Shown here: positions 45,930 to 54,969 of the stretch, one piece after another
Position numbering within the stretch: the first letter of the stretch is position 1
How the letters are laid out: every line of letters begins with the position of its first letter
Sequence record: PZ000613.1
DNA: 64,000 bases
Strand: one strand, 5' to 3'
Source: a phage
Notes under the pieces: generated by a model
The model's input: the letters and a program-made list of their open reading frames with translations, nothing else
The model's database searches: none
Told to the model about the DNA's origin: nothing
Translations under genes and position numbers: made by a program

Positions 45930-46157
45930 ATGAAGATTCTTAAGTCAGGCTCCACTTTGTTATGGGCAATTACTATATCAAACAAAAATCCTGAGTTAGA
46001 TCAAAAACCGATTGTTTCTTTTTTCGAAACTAGACAGCGTGCACGAGATCGAGTAAAAGATCTGAGATCTGTAAGAGTCCATATGAACGTATCTATGCAC
46101 AAATGCATCATCTCTAAAGTAGGGATTATCACTATTTTACATAAGAAAGAATATTAA
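45930..46157 (+). CDS. hypothetical protein (75 aa)
   Basis: ORF in operon context. Confidence 0.4.
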   Translation: MKILKSGSTLLWAITISNKNPELDQKPIVSFFETRQRARDRVKDLRSVRVHMNVSMHKCIISKVGIITILHKKEY

Positions 46158-46172
46158 TAAGGATATTCACGG

Positions 46173-46829
46173 ATGAATGAACAACTACAAGCAACATTAA
46201 TCGAAGCTATGGGAAGTGATCGTAGCGTAGTCAACGCAGCTCGAGTTTCCTTTGGCGTAACCCGTGAAGGTGATTTAAATGAACGTGATGAACGTCTCAT
46301 CAACTTCCTCGCAAGAGAGAAGCATGTTACCCCATTCCGACACCCGCAAGTCAGTTTCCGATGCAAAGCACCTATCGCAATTGCGAGACAGCTGGGCAAG
46401 CATCAGGTTGGATTCTCGTGGAACGAAATGTCCCGGCGGTATAAAGATGGAGCAGTTGAAGTCTTCATCCCTAAAGAGATTTTTGCGAGACCTTCGGACC
46501 TCCATGCAGGTTCAGGGGTTCAGCTCATCGACGGAGAGCGAGCTGAAGCATTAATGTTAATTAACGATGCATATGAAGCTTCTCTAGCAGCATATGACAA
46601 GTTGATTGAGTTTATTGCACCAGAGCAAGCCCGATTTGTACTCCCTCAGGGGATGATCACTGAGTGGGTGTGGACTGGTTCTTTGTATGGATGGTTTGAG
46701 TTGTGTCGTCAGCGACTCTCCTCTCACGCTCAATATGAAGTTCGAGTGTTTGCTCAATCTCTGGATGAAGAGATGGCTAAACTCTACCCAATCTCATGGG
46801 CAGCTCTGAAGAAAACTTTGGAGAGCTAA
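46173..46829 (+). CDS. thyX: flavin-dependent thymidylate synthase ThyX-like (218 aa)
   Basis: ThyX-type motif KHQVGFSWNEMSRRY (RHR-x7-S-x-RY variant), upstream FRHPQVSF and downstream ARFVLPQG. Confidence 0.7.
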   Translation: MNEQLQATLIEAMGSDRSVVNAARVSFGVTREGDLNERDERLINFLAREKHVTPFRHPQVSFRCKAPIAIARQLGKHQVGFSWNEMSRRYKDGAVEVFIPKEIFARPSDLHAGSGVQLIDGERAEALMLINDAYEASLAAYDKLIEFIAPEQARFVLPQGMITEWVWTGSLYGWFELCRQRLSSHAQYEVRVFAQSLDEEMAKLYPISWAALKKTLES

Positions 46830-46830
46830 G

Positions 46831-47076
46831 ATGGTTAGGAAGGATATTTGGATTCTGAGGCGCGTTGAAGTCACGGACAGAGGTGAAGACATAGAAGTAC
46901 TTTGCTCTTTCACTGACTACCCTACAAAACAACAGATTGAGGATGTTGGAGTAGAAGAGAGTGTTTCTCAATCTCTTTTTGATAAAAAAGTTTCCAAGTC
47001 AACAGCCCCATTCTTTGGTTATTATTATACACTTGACAGCGTGGAATTACTGTCCAATGGTTCTTGTTTGGAGTGA
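46831..47076 (+). CDS. hypothetical protein (81 aa)
   Basis: ORF abutting the thyX stop. Confidence 0.4.
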   Translation: MVRKDIWILRRVEVTDRGEDIEVLCSFTDYPTKQQIEDVGVEESVSQSLFDKKVSKSTAPFFGYYYTLDSVELLSNGSCLE

Positions 47077-47231
47077 TAATATTGGAAGAGGAAAATGATG
47101 ATGATGTGTTCTGCACCAAGTGTGGGATGACAGTTGATGATGCATATGACCCAAGTGTAGAAATTTGCCCTTGTTGTGGAGTATGTGAATATTGCTGTTC
47201 CCACAACTCAGAGGATTAGCAGGAATTTCTG

Positions 47232-47465
47232 ATGAAAATCAAACATATTACAGATATTCAGGAGGCATTTAGAATGCTTCCTCGAAGAGAGAAGGATAAG
47301 ATTAAAAAGCTTATTCAAGTTTATGGTCATACATCTAAAAATGATGTAGACTATATGCCTTCTACTTTCGTAGAGTGTGGGATTGCTCGCGGTTTCACAT
47401 TCGACCATAAAGTGTTTCAGCAATTTGTTGACCACTGGAGAAAAGATGGAAAAGAAAGTCTGTAG
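47232..47465 (+). CDS. hypothetical protein (77 aa)
   Basis: ORF with RBS GGAA. Confidence 0.4.
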   Translation: MKIKHITDIQEAFRMLPRREKDKIKKLIQVYGHTSKNDVDYMPSTFVECGIARGFTFDHKVFQQFVDHWRKDGKESL

Positions 47466-47631
47466 CTTCTGTAAGAAAGAGAAGCCTGTCGCCAACTTTA
47501 AACCTAATCTTGTAACCGGTCTGACTCATGTCATGTGTCACTCTTGCAGGATATATCTTGAAACAAAGCACACTATCAATAGGTTGCATTATTATCACCC
47601 AACAACATTCAAATTTAAGGTTGTGAAATGA
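47446..47631 (+). CDS. small zinc-finger-like protein (61 aa)
   Basis: CSFC ... CHSC Cys pairs; start overlaps the upstream gene. Confidence 0.35.
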   Translation: MEKKVCSFCKKEKPVANFKPNLVTGLTHVMCHSCRIYLETKHTINRLHYYHPTTFKFKVVK

Positions 47632-47831
47632 AAACTTTGTGGACTCTTGACTGCCAAGATGATGACGGAGAGCGTTGGACTTGGAAATATTTCCTAGGGA
47701 AACCAACACCCGATAACCCTGCTTTGGATTGTGCTTCGTATGAAGATGCTAAGAAATTAGTAAATGGAGAAAAGGTTTGGTCTCCAGATAATGAAGTTCA
47801 ATACTTTTTAACAGAACGGAAATTTTCATAA
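47628..47831 (+). CDS. hypothetical protein (67 aa)
   Basis: ATGA overlap with the upstream gene. Confidence 0.4.
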   Translation: MKTLWTLDCQDDDGERWTWKYFLGKPTPDNPALDCASYEDAKKLVNGEKVWSPDNEVQYFLTERKFS

Positions 47832-48154
47832 TGATCGACGGTAATACATTTAGGACTTCAAATGGAAGTGAGATAAGTCCCGCTGAAGTAATCAATCGGC
47901 ATAGAAGGCAATTGATCATCCATTCCTATTTGTATTACTGGTTGGATGACCCTATCTGGTCTGATGATAAATGGCAACAAGTTGCTAACGATCTAGTGGA
48001 GCTGCAAGCTCTGTATCCAGAACCTACCGGAGTCTTTGACAATGAATTCAGAGATTGGGATGGTTCTACAGGTATGCATCTCCCACATAACGAAGCTGTT
48101 GCTTGTATGGCGACAGCTGTTTACAGACTTCATAAAGAGGTTAACGTCGCATGA
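47831..48154 (+). CDS. hypothetical protein (107 aa)
   Basis: ORF in operon context. Confidence 0.45.
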   Translation: MIDGNTFRTSNGSEISPAEVINRHRRQLIIHSYLYYWLDDPIWSDDKWQQVANDLVELQALYPEPTGVFDNEFRDWDGSTGMHLPHNEAVACMATAVYRLHKEVNVA

Positions 48155-48351
48155 GCGTAGTTTATGTTCTAGAAAGATACGCTGAAGATCACAACAGTAT
48201 TGTTGCCATATTTAAATATGCCCCGGATGTTGAGGACATTTTGAATGTGACTCACTTAACTGATGTTGATAAAATCAAAGACCTCATCAGGAATGACAAT
48301 GCCCACATAGGTGACTCTCTGTGGTCTCTTACTGAATGGACATTGTGGTGA
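48151..48351 (+). CDS. hypothetical protein (66 aa)
   Basis: ATGA overlap. Confidence 0.4.
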   Translation: MSVVYVLERYAEDHNSIVAIFKYAPDVEDILNVTHLTDVDKIKDLIRNDNAHIGDSLWSLTEWTLW

Positions 48352-48533
48352 AGTGCTCTAAATGTGAAGGAACCAACCTTCATTTAAGTAACAAGGTTAT
48401 CAGAGAGCTTGCCAAAGGCTCTCCAACCAAAGGGAAGAACAAACGATTTACTAACGTCAGGGTTTATACAGCAATCTGTAAAGACTGCTTAACTACTGAG
48501 TGTCATTACGAAGAAATTGGAGAGCGTAAATGA
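48336..48533 (+). CDS. small zinc-ribbon-like protein (65 aa)
   Basis: CSKCEG ... CKDC Cys pairs. Confidence 0.35.
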   Translation: MDIVVKCSKCEGTNLHLSNKVIRELAKGSPTKGKNKRFTNVRVYTAICKDCLTTECHYEEIGERK

Positions 48534-49267
48534 GTCGTCGTCAATCACGGAAAGAATCACGGAAAGACCTTCGTCGGGAAGCACTTGTTACTCGTAAAGG
48601 TAAGCGAGAGTATGAAGAGGTGGTTTTAGCAAAGCCTGTAGTCCCTCAGAACCAGTTTCAGTCTGAGCTACTCAATGCTATTAAGACTAAACAAGTTGTG
48701 TTCACAGACGCTCCTGCGGGCTGTGGTAAGACCTTTGTAATCACTTCCACAGTTATTGATGCACTGAAGAGCGGTAAGATTCAGAAGATCATCCTGAGTC
48801 GACCTTCAGTTGGCATGGGCAATTCTCTTGGGTTACTTCCGGGAGGAATGCGTGAAAAGTTTGAACCGTACCTGATGCCTATTATTGATGTTATTACTCA
48901 GCGATACGGTAAGGGGTTCTATGAATGCCAAATCGGAAATGGTAACATTGAATTCGTACCTCTGGAATACCTCCGTGGTCGTTCTTTCAATGATGCCATT
49001 GTTATCGTGGATGAGTTCCAGAACACCACTAAAGATGAAGCCTTCTCAATCATGACTCGATTGGGAGAAACCTCTCAGTTGTTCTGTATGGGTGATACAA
49101 ACCAGCATGATATGCGTGGTCGTGAGAGTGGTCTTACTTGGGCTACGAACTTTATTGATGAACATGATTTGTATGAGTTCGCTGAGATTGTGGATGGTGA
49201 ATCAGATGACATTGTTCGTTCTGGTTTCTGTAAAGCGATTGTTAAAGCGATGGAAAAGAAAGCTTAA
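48530..49267 (+). CDS. phoH: PhoH-like ATPase (245 aa)
   Basis: Walker A APAGCGKTF, Walker B IVIVDEFQN, consistent with the PhoH family. Confidence 0.75.
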   Translation: MSRRQSRKESRKDLRREALVTRKGKREYEEVVLAKPVVPQNQFQSELLNAIKTKQVVFTDAPAGCGKTFVITSTVIDALKSGKIQKIILSRPSVGMGNSLGLLPGGMREKFEPYLMPIIDVITQRYGKGFYECQIGNGNIEFVPLEYLRGRSFNDAIVIVDEFQNTTKDEAFSIMTRLGETSQLFCMGDTNQHDMRGRESGLTWATNFIDEHDLYEFAEIVDGESDDIVRSGFCKAIVKAMEKKA

Positions 49268-49323
49268 ATAGTAACTTATAATGTATACTCCTTAGTGTAC
49301 ACTGATATATTAAGGAGTTCTAA

Positions 49324-49641
49324 ATGGCAGACCATGTAGGAAAGAGAGATTATGCACAAGAAAGACGTACCGCAATTGCCCGTGGTGAAACAGGCGTTGG
49401 GAGCAAGAGCGGAGATGCTCAGCGCCACCGTGCACGTCGCATCGTTGAAAAGCGCGATGGAAAAGCTGCTATCAGAGGTAAGGACGTTGGACACAAACGA
49501 GCTGTCAAGTCTGGAGGCTCTAATGCGTCAAGCAACTTACGTGTTGAATCAGTCAGCTCAAACCGTTCAAACGGCGGCAAAAGTGGTGATCGAGCTGGAA
49601 AAGCAAACGGAGCTAGGAAGGGGGCGTTGAGTGGTTCTTGA
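49324..49641 (+). CDS. hypothetical basic Gly/Arg/Lys-rich protein (105 aa)
   Basis: Strong RBS AAGGAG 8 nt upstream of the ATG; an overlapping alternative-frame ORF (49352-49630) also exists. Confidence 0.4.
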   Translation: MADHVGKRDYAQERRTAIARGETGVGSKSGDAQRHRARRIVEKRDGKAAIRGKDVGHKRAVKSGGSNASSNLRVESVSSNRSNGGKSGDRAGKANGARKGALSGS

Positions 49642-50122
49642 TGACACCCTATCTTACGATGCGGTCACAGGTAACCTATACTACACAAGATCTCCAAGCA
49701 AAGGAGCGATGTGGAACAAAAGCCATCCCGGAAAGATAGCTGGGTGTAGGATATCGAAAGGTTATATAGGTGTGTATTTCCAAGGAAGACAATGGAGAGC
49801 GCACCGACTTATAGCTACACACTTTATACCAAACCCTAACAATTATCCAGAAGTCAACCACATTAATGGGGTAAAAGACGATAATCGACTGGAGAATCTT
49901 GAATGGGTATCCGCTTCTGAAAACATACAACATTCCTTTGATATAGGATTGAATAAAGGACATATTCGTGACAATAACGGAATGACCAAGCTATCCTCTG
50001 GAGATGTTGTAAAGATCAAACAGATGTATGTGAAGGGTTCTAGGGATTTTGGCTCTAGAGGTCTTGGTAAGCTGTTTGGCGTGAGCCATACAGCTATACT
50101 CCATGCTTTAAAGGAGCTTTAA
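49631..50122 (+). CDS. HNH homing endonuclease (163 aa)
   Basis: HNH motif EVNHINGVKDDNRLENLEWVSASEN with C-terminal helix-turn-helix-like region. Confidence 0.75.
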   Translation: MVLDDTLSYDAVTGNLYYTRSPSKGAMWNKSHPGKIAGCRISKGYIGVYFQGRQWRAHRLIATHFIPNPNNYPEVNHINGVKDDNRLENLEWVSASENIQHSFDIGLNKGHIRDNNGMTKLSSGDVVKIKQMYVKGSRDFGSRGLGKLFGVSHTAILHALKEL

Positions 50123-50140
50123 GCTCATAAAGAGGTTATA

Positions 50141-50434
50141 GTGTCAGCAGAAACAAAAAGATGTACAATTCACACTTACTGTAAATTCTGTAAAGCAGAG
50201 GGTGTAAAAAGAGTTGCAACTTTAATGACCAAGTATTCTCCAATTAGGGGGTACAGGGACAACTATAAGCACTACTCTTGCAGTGATCACTCCCATCTGT
50301 TAGAAGATACAGATCCGAATAGAACAAGGAGAGAGCATAACATCAACCTGAGAGCTACTCTCAAGGAGATGAAAAACAGCTCTCGGAACAACCATTACAC
50401 TGAAGCTGACTATCAAACTTGGCTTCGTCTCTAG
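50141..50434 (+). CDS. hypothetical Cys/His-containing protein (97 aa)
   Basis: ORF followed by a terminator. Confidence 0.4.
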   Translation: MSAETKRCTIHTYCKFCKAEGVKRVATLMTKYSPIRGYRDNYKHYSCSDHSHLLEDTDPNRTRREHNINLRATLKEMKNSSRNNHYTEADYQTWLRL

Positions 50435-50439
50435 AACAA

Positions 50440-50469
50440 AGGCTGCCTAATCGGGTGGCCTTTTCTTTT
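50440..50469 (+). terminator. rho-independent terminator
   Basis: GGCTGCC-TAATCG-GGTGGCC hairpin followed by TTTTCTTTT. Confidence 0.5.
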
Positions 50470-50503
50470 ATATAAACTAAATTAAACTTCTTAGGTAATA
50501 ACT

Positions 50504-50752
50504 ATGTCTATTGTAAAAACTGTAACTATTATTGATGTAATGCCTATCCGTCTTGTTAAGTGGAAATTCACTAATAATCACGGCATTGCTGATATCATTG
50601 CAAACCAGATTAGCCACAACCCAAAAACAGCTCGTACTAACGTAATCCTCCGTGGTGCTGACGGGAAGTTCATTTCTTATAAGAATAAAGATGTAGAGAA
50701 AGATTTTCGTGTTGCAGTAGAAAACCTCATCCCATTCCCTAAAGGAGTTTAA
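50504..50752 (+). CDS. tandem paralog 1 of 2 (82 aa)
   Basis: Shares KTARTNV-x-LRGADGKFISY ... PFPKG with the next ORF. Confidence 0.5.
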   Translation: MSIVKTVTIIDVMPIRLVKWKFTNNHGIADIIANQISHNPKTARTNVILRGADGKFISYKNKDVEKDFRVAVENLIPFPKGV

Positions 50753-50753
50753 T

Positions 50754-51038
50754 ATGAATAAGTTAGCTATGGTTCAAATTCGGGACACATACCCTAACCG
50801 CCCGGAGCAGAAACCGCGTACTTGGTCTTATCTGTTGGCTGAAAGTAAGACTATTGACAAATACGCTGTAGGAATTGATGCTATCCCAACTAGTATCACA
50901 TTGCTCCCTCACAAAACAGCCAGAACCCATGTGATGTTACGTGATAGTAAAGGTAAGTTTATCTCTTATCGTGATTCACGAATCAATAATGAAATTAAAT
51001 CTGCTATGGAATTTTTGATGCCATTCCCGAAAGGTTGA
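50754..51038 (+). CDS. tandem paralog 2 of 2 (94 aa)
   Basis: KTARTHVMLRDSKGKFISY ... MPFPKG. Confidence 0.5.
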   Translation: MNKLAMVQIRDTYPNRPEQKPRTWSYLLAESKTIDKYAVGIDAIPTSITLLPHKTARTHVMLRDSKGKFISYRDSRINNEIKSAMEFLMPFPKG

Positions 51039-51201
51039 GTGATGAAAGAATACATTTACGTAGGACAGCGCTGGTTCGGTGATGAATGGGAAGGTGGATA
51101 CAGCGTTGTGAAAGCTTTTAAGTCTGAAGAAGATGCCAAGTCATGGGTCTTAAAAGACGACGTTGGCGAGAGAACTTACATTGAAGTAGAGGTGGAGTAG
51201 G

Positions 51202-51624
51202 ATGCCATTACCAGCTAGACACCAAAACCGTTTCTTAGTTCTAAAGTGGGATGATATCGAAATGAATCTCACTGAACATGAACTAGATTTGTTCCATGAA
51301 CTATTATCAGAGATTCGCTCTGGTATTCCTGAACGTCAGTATGTGGTTATCAGCGATAAACACCCTCAAGAGTTTGAAGAAGCTTGGGGTATGAAGCTAG
51401 CTTACATTCAAAGAGCTATTCGAGAAAGGGAAGAGGTTGCTAATCAGAGAGTTGTGGCTCATCTGGTACGAGAACAACCTCGTGAAGCCAGAGCTACACA
51501 TACACCTCCTCCGCCCCCTCCTTGGACAGTTGTCAACGGGACGGTTAGGGCTTATAGTGATGAAGCAACTATGCTGAATGTAGTAGAAGATAACCAAGCA
51601 TTTACAGATTTACTTTACCAATAA
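51202..51624 (+). CDS. hypothetical protein (140 aa)
   Basis: ORF immediately upstream of the DNA polymerase. Confidence 0.45.
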   Translation: MPLPARHQNRFLVLKWDDIEMNLTEHELDLFHELLSEIRSGIPERQYVVISDKHPQEFEEAWGMKLAYIQRAIREREEVANQRVVAHLVREQPREARATHTPPPPPPWTVVNGTVRAYSDEATMLNVVEDNQAFTDLLYQ

Positions 51625-51640
51625 TTTAAAGGAGTATAAA

Positions 51641-53485
51641 GTGAGCAACCCGGACGCTCTTCCATTTTTGACAGAGATGACTGTCGCTGATATAATCTCT
51701 AAGCAAGCAAAGCACGGAGTGAGTTTCAACCGAAGAAATGCTCGGTGGTATGTTCACCTCCTTAAAGAGATTATTGTTAATATTGACAGAGAGTTGATTC
51801 CTCTCTTACCTAAGATGAGATTAGACGGCTCTACTTATATGAAGCCGTTTAAGAAGTCTGGAGCTTTACAGAAGTGGCCTCAAGCCTATTGTGATAGGGT
51901 TGGGCTGAAGAGAGAAGATATTGGTGGAGCTTTCACCTGTGTCGAATACGTAGACTTTGACCCATCGAAAGATGCACGAGTTAAAGAAGCTCTTATGGAT
52001 GAGGGCTTTCTTCCTCCAGAGTTTAACGTATCTAAGAAGCCTTGGAATACTTTCGAAATTAAGAAAGATATGAGAAAGTATGGAACATATCAAGCATGGT
52101 ATACTGCTTGGATGCGAGGCAATGCTAAGCAGAAGCAGACAGCCGAGATGGTTGACGCTGATATTAAGAAGTTCTTAGAAAAGCATTTCAGGTTTAAGAC
52201 TAAGAACTATATGAAGGCTTACGTATTTGGTTTAGGATTAAACCCTAATCGCCGTAACCCTGTAACGTTTGATGAGATTAAGAAAGCACTAGCCACATCA
52301 AACAAGTGGCCTACAGCTCCTACAAACCTCGAGGAGACTCTTGAAGAAGGGTTAGGGGGTGAGCTAGGGAGTGTTGGAAGTTTGCTTAAGAGACGCGTTG
52401 TAGCGGCTCACAGGCTAGGTCTTATCAGTGGACTCATAGCAAAGGAACGCGAAGATGGTAAACTTTCGGCAGAAGCTAACAGCTGCGCTACGCCAACTTT
52501 TCGATTCAAACATCGTATCGTGGTTAATATTCCCTCCCGTGGTTTGTTTGGTCACGAGTGTCGCAGTTTGTTTGAGTCTGACTATAACTCAGACAGTGAT
52601 CACTCTCGTCCTTTCGTTATTACTAACGTTGTTCCTGATGGTTGTTATATACGAAAAGGTACTAACGTAATTTATGAGAAAGGTAAGCCGGGGAAGAAAG
52701 ATAAACCTATAGGTGCTTACAAATATTACATACCCGCTGGTAAAGAAGTATTCTTAGGGTATGATGGTTCTGGACTTGAACTTCGTATGCTCGCTCACTA
52801 CCTCATTAAAGAGTGTAGAGATATGCTTGCTGAGGCAATTGAAGAGAACAATCCAGCTAAGAAAGCTCTGGCAGAACGTGGTTTAGCTTCTGCTATTATG
52901 TATCGTGATATCCTTCTTGAAGGTGATATCCACTCCCACAACCAGAAACTTGCTGGCCTTCCTACTCGTGACAACGCTAAAACGTTTATCTATGCATTCA
53001 ACTATGGTGCTGGCGACGCTAAGCTTGGCTCAATTGTAGGTGGTGGGGCTGACGAAGGTTCAGTGATGCGAGCACGTTTCTTAGCAGAGAACCCATGTAT
53101 TGCAATCCTCATTGATCGTATGACAGAGAAAGCTGCTCAGGGATACTTGATTGGTGTTGATGGTCGTAAGATTACAATGAGAAGAGATGCCACTGGTAAA
53201 GTTATGGTTCATAAAGCCCTTAACACACTTCTGCAATGTGCTGGTGCTGTTGTTATGAAATACGCTATGATGTTCCTTAACAAGTGGATTGAGAAGGATG
53301 GGGTTCGTTGTGCTAAGGTAATTGATATGCACGATGAGGGCCAATTCTCAGTGAACCGTAATGATGTACAGAAACTCAAAGAACACACTGAGCTTTGTGT
53401 TAAGAAAGCTGGTGAGTACTTGAACATGGAATGTCCTCTGGCTTCTGATTGTCAGATTGGATTAAATTGGATGCATACGCACTAA
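51641..53485 (+). CDS. family A DNA polymerase, polymerase domain only (GTG start, 614 aa)
   Basis: Motif A DGSGLELRMLAHY, motif B RDNAKTFIYAFNYGAG, motif C IDMHDEGQF; no exonuclease motifs in this ORF. Confidence 0.85.
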   Translation: MSNPDALPFLTEMTVADIISKQAKHGVSFNRRNARWYVHLLKEIIVNIDRELIPLLPKMRLDGSTYMKPFKKSGALQKWPQAYCDRVGLKREDIGGAFTCVEYVDFDPSKDARVKEALMDEGFLPPEFNVSKKPWNTFEIKKDMRKYGTYQAWYTAWMRGNAKQKQTAEMVDADIKKFLEKHFRFKTKNYMKAYVFGLGLNPNRRNPVTFDEIKKALATSNKWPTAPTNLEETLEEGLGGELGSVGSLLKRRVVAAHRLGLISGLIAKEREDGKLSAEANSCATPTFRFKHRIVVNIPSRGLFGHECRSLFESDYNSDSDHSRPFVITNVVPDGCYIRKGTNVIYEKGKPGKKDKPIGAYKYYIPAGKEVFLGYDGSGLELRMLAHYLIKECRDMLAEAIEENNPAKKALAERGLASAIMYRDILLEGDIHSHNQKLAGLPTRDNAKTFIYAFNYGAGDAKLGSIVGGGADEGSVMRARFLAENPCIAILIDRMTEKAAQGYLIGVDGRKITMRRDATGKVMVHKALNTLLQCAGAVVMKYAMMFLNKWIEKDGVRCAKVIDMHDEGQFSVNRNDVQKLKEHTELCVKKAGEYLNMECPLASDCQIGLNWMHTH

Positions 53486-53682
53486 AGCCAGAACTGAAAG
53501 ACAGGAACACAAATGAACTAGTATTATTGATTAGTTCATCATAAGGAGATTGAAGTGGAAGAGATGCCATCGGATTGGTGTTATCGTCAAAGCGCCATCT
53601 GTAATGAACAAGGACGTCCTGATGAGGCTGAGTTCTATCTAGAGCTGGCTGAGTTGTGGAAAGAACGAGAGGAGAAAGAGTG

Positions 53683-53847
53683 ATGGAAGGTATTTACCGT
53701 AAACCACCTCCTAAGTACAACATCCTATATACTACATCGGGTGGTGTATTTGAGAGTGTGCTAGTGTATACAGATTTAGAACGAGATGAGAAGATTGCCG
53801 AAATTGAACTAGCCGGTGGTACAATCATGCGAATTTATACAATGTAA
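53683..53847 (+). CDS. hypothetical small protein (54 aa)
   Basis: ATG with AGGAG RBS. Confidence 0.35.
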   Translation: MEGIYRKPPPKYNILYTTSGGVFESVLVYTDLERDEKIAEIELAGGTIMRIYTM

Positions 53848-53861
53848 AATAAGGAATATCA

Positions 53862-54038
53862 ATGACTGCTTCTGAATTAAAAGAAACCCTATCCACGGAA
53901 GAAGGTAAAGCTTTCTTCTTATCTCAAGTACACTCTATGGGTAAAGATGCCCTTCGCCAAGCAGTCGTTGAGCTTACTGGTGTAGTGATTGACTTGAGTA
54001 TTGAAAATGAAACACTTGAAGCTAAAGTGAACGGTTAA
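53862..54038 (+). CDS. hypothetical small protein (58 aa)
   Basis: RBS AAGGAA; followed by a terminator. Confidence 0.35.
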   Translation: MTASELKETLSTEEGKAFFLSQVHSMGKDALRQAVVELTGVVIDLSIENETLEAKVNG

Positions 54039-54043
54039 ATAAG

Positions 54044-54070
54044 AAGCTGCCTTAGGGCGGCTTTTCTTGT
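54044..54070 (+). terminator. rho-independent terminator
   Basis: AGCTGCC-TTAG-GGCGGCT hairpin followed by TTTCTT. Confidence 0.45.
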
Positions 54071-54477
54071 CTAAAGGATTTGACATGAATATTGGTTTAG
54101 ATTACGATGATACTTACACCTCAGATAAGAAGCTGTGGCGCTCTGTGGTGGCATTAATGCAAGCCAAAGGTTATGATGTACGATTTGTAACTTATCGCTT
54201 TGCAGAGCCTAATGGATATGATAATCACGACATTAAGATTGATGCAGAATGTTTGCAGATTCCTATCATCTTTTGTAATGGTGTGCAGAAGGATGAGGTC
54301 TGTCGACAGTTAGGCTTCTTCGTTGATATCTGGATTGACGACTTCCCTGTTGGAATCCCCAAAAAGGACCACCTAGACGGTATGCTGAAGGGCGTAAGAC
54401 TTAATGACCTTAGGGCAGCACCTCCTGTAGAAATAGCCGCTCCTGTGTACTCTGAAGAGCCTTTGGTGATTCGATGA
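54067..54477 (+). CDS. hypothetical protein, possibly HAD-like phosphatase (136 aa)
   Basis: N-terminal IGLDYDDT resembles HAD motif I; weak. Confidence 0.3.
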   Translation: MSKGFDMNIGLDYDDTYTSDKKLWRSVVALMQAKGYDVRFVTYRFAEPNGYDNHDIKIDAECLQIPIIFCNGVQKDEVCRQLGFFVDIWIDDFPVGIPKKDHLDGMLKGVRLNDLRAAPPVEIAAPVYSEEPLVIR

Positions 54478-54650
54478 AGAAGATAATTCTTTGGGCTTTA
54501 GGTATAGCTCTATTCCTGTATCTTATCGATATCGGAGGGGATGCCAGTAGAGAAGACTGTGAAGTGAGATTGTCTCAGGAATTTAAGTCAGAGACAAAGT
54601 GGGTTAACGGTCGATGCTATGTAAAAGATTGGGGAAGAACTTCTCGATGA
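54474..54650 (+). CDS. small membrane protein (58 aa)
   Basis: ATGA overlap with upstream gene; N-terminal transmembrane helix (IILWALGIALFLYLI). Confidence 0.35.
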   Translation: MKKIILWALGIALFLYLIDIGGDASREDCEVRLSQEFKSETKWVNGRCYVKDWGRTSR

Positions 54651-54814
54651 AAAAGTATAGTGTATGGTTTAACGAAGTAGAAGAAGGTTTTGATGAAGTT
54701 GGAGGATGGGTAAATATCCTAAACACTGACGACATAGAAGAGGCCGAGAAGTGCGCCCTAAACTATAACTCTGGATATTATGAAAGAAATTGGGAATATA
54801 AGGAAGAAGTATGA
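54647..54814 (+). CDS. hypothetical small protein (55 aa)
   Basis: ATGA overlap with the upstream ORF. Confidence 0.3.
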   Translation: MKKYSVWFNEVEEGFDEVGGWVNILNTDDIEEAEKCALNYNSGYYERNWEYKEEV

Positions 54815-54969
54815 TTTGGATTCACACTTACAGAATTGGAAAGAAAGAGATCACCGTTGTACATCACTCTGAGGAAAGTGCAATTGCTTCTCAGGAAGTC
54901 TTGAAAGGTGAAGTTAAAACATACGTCGAAGTAAAAGCTAAATCTTGGTCATAATTAATAGGAGTAAAA

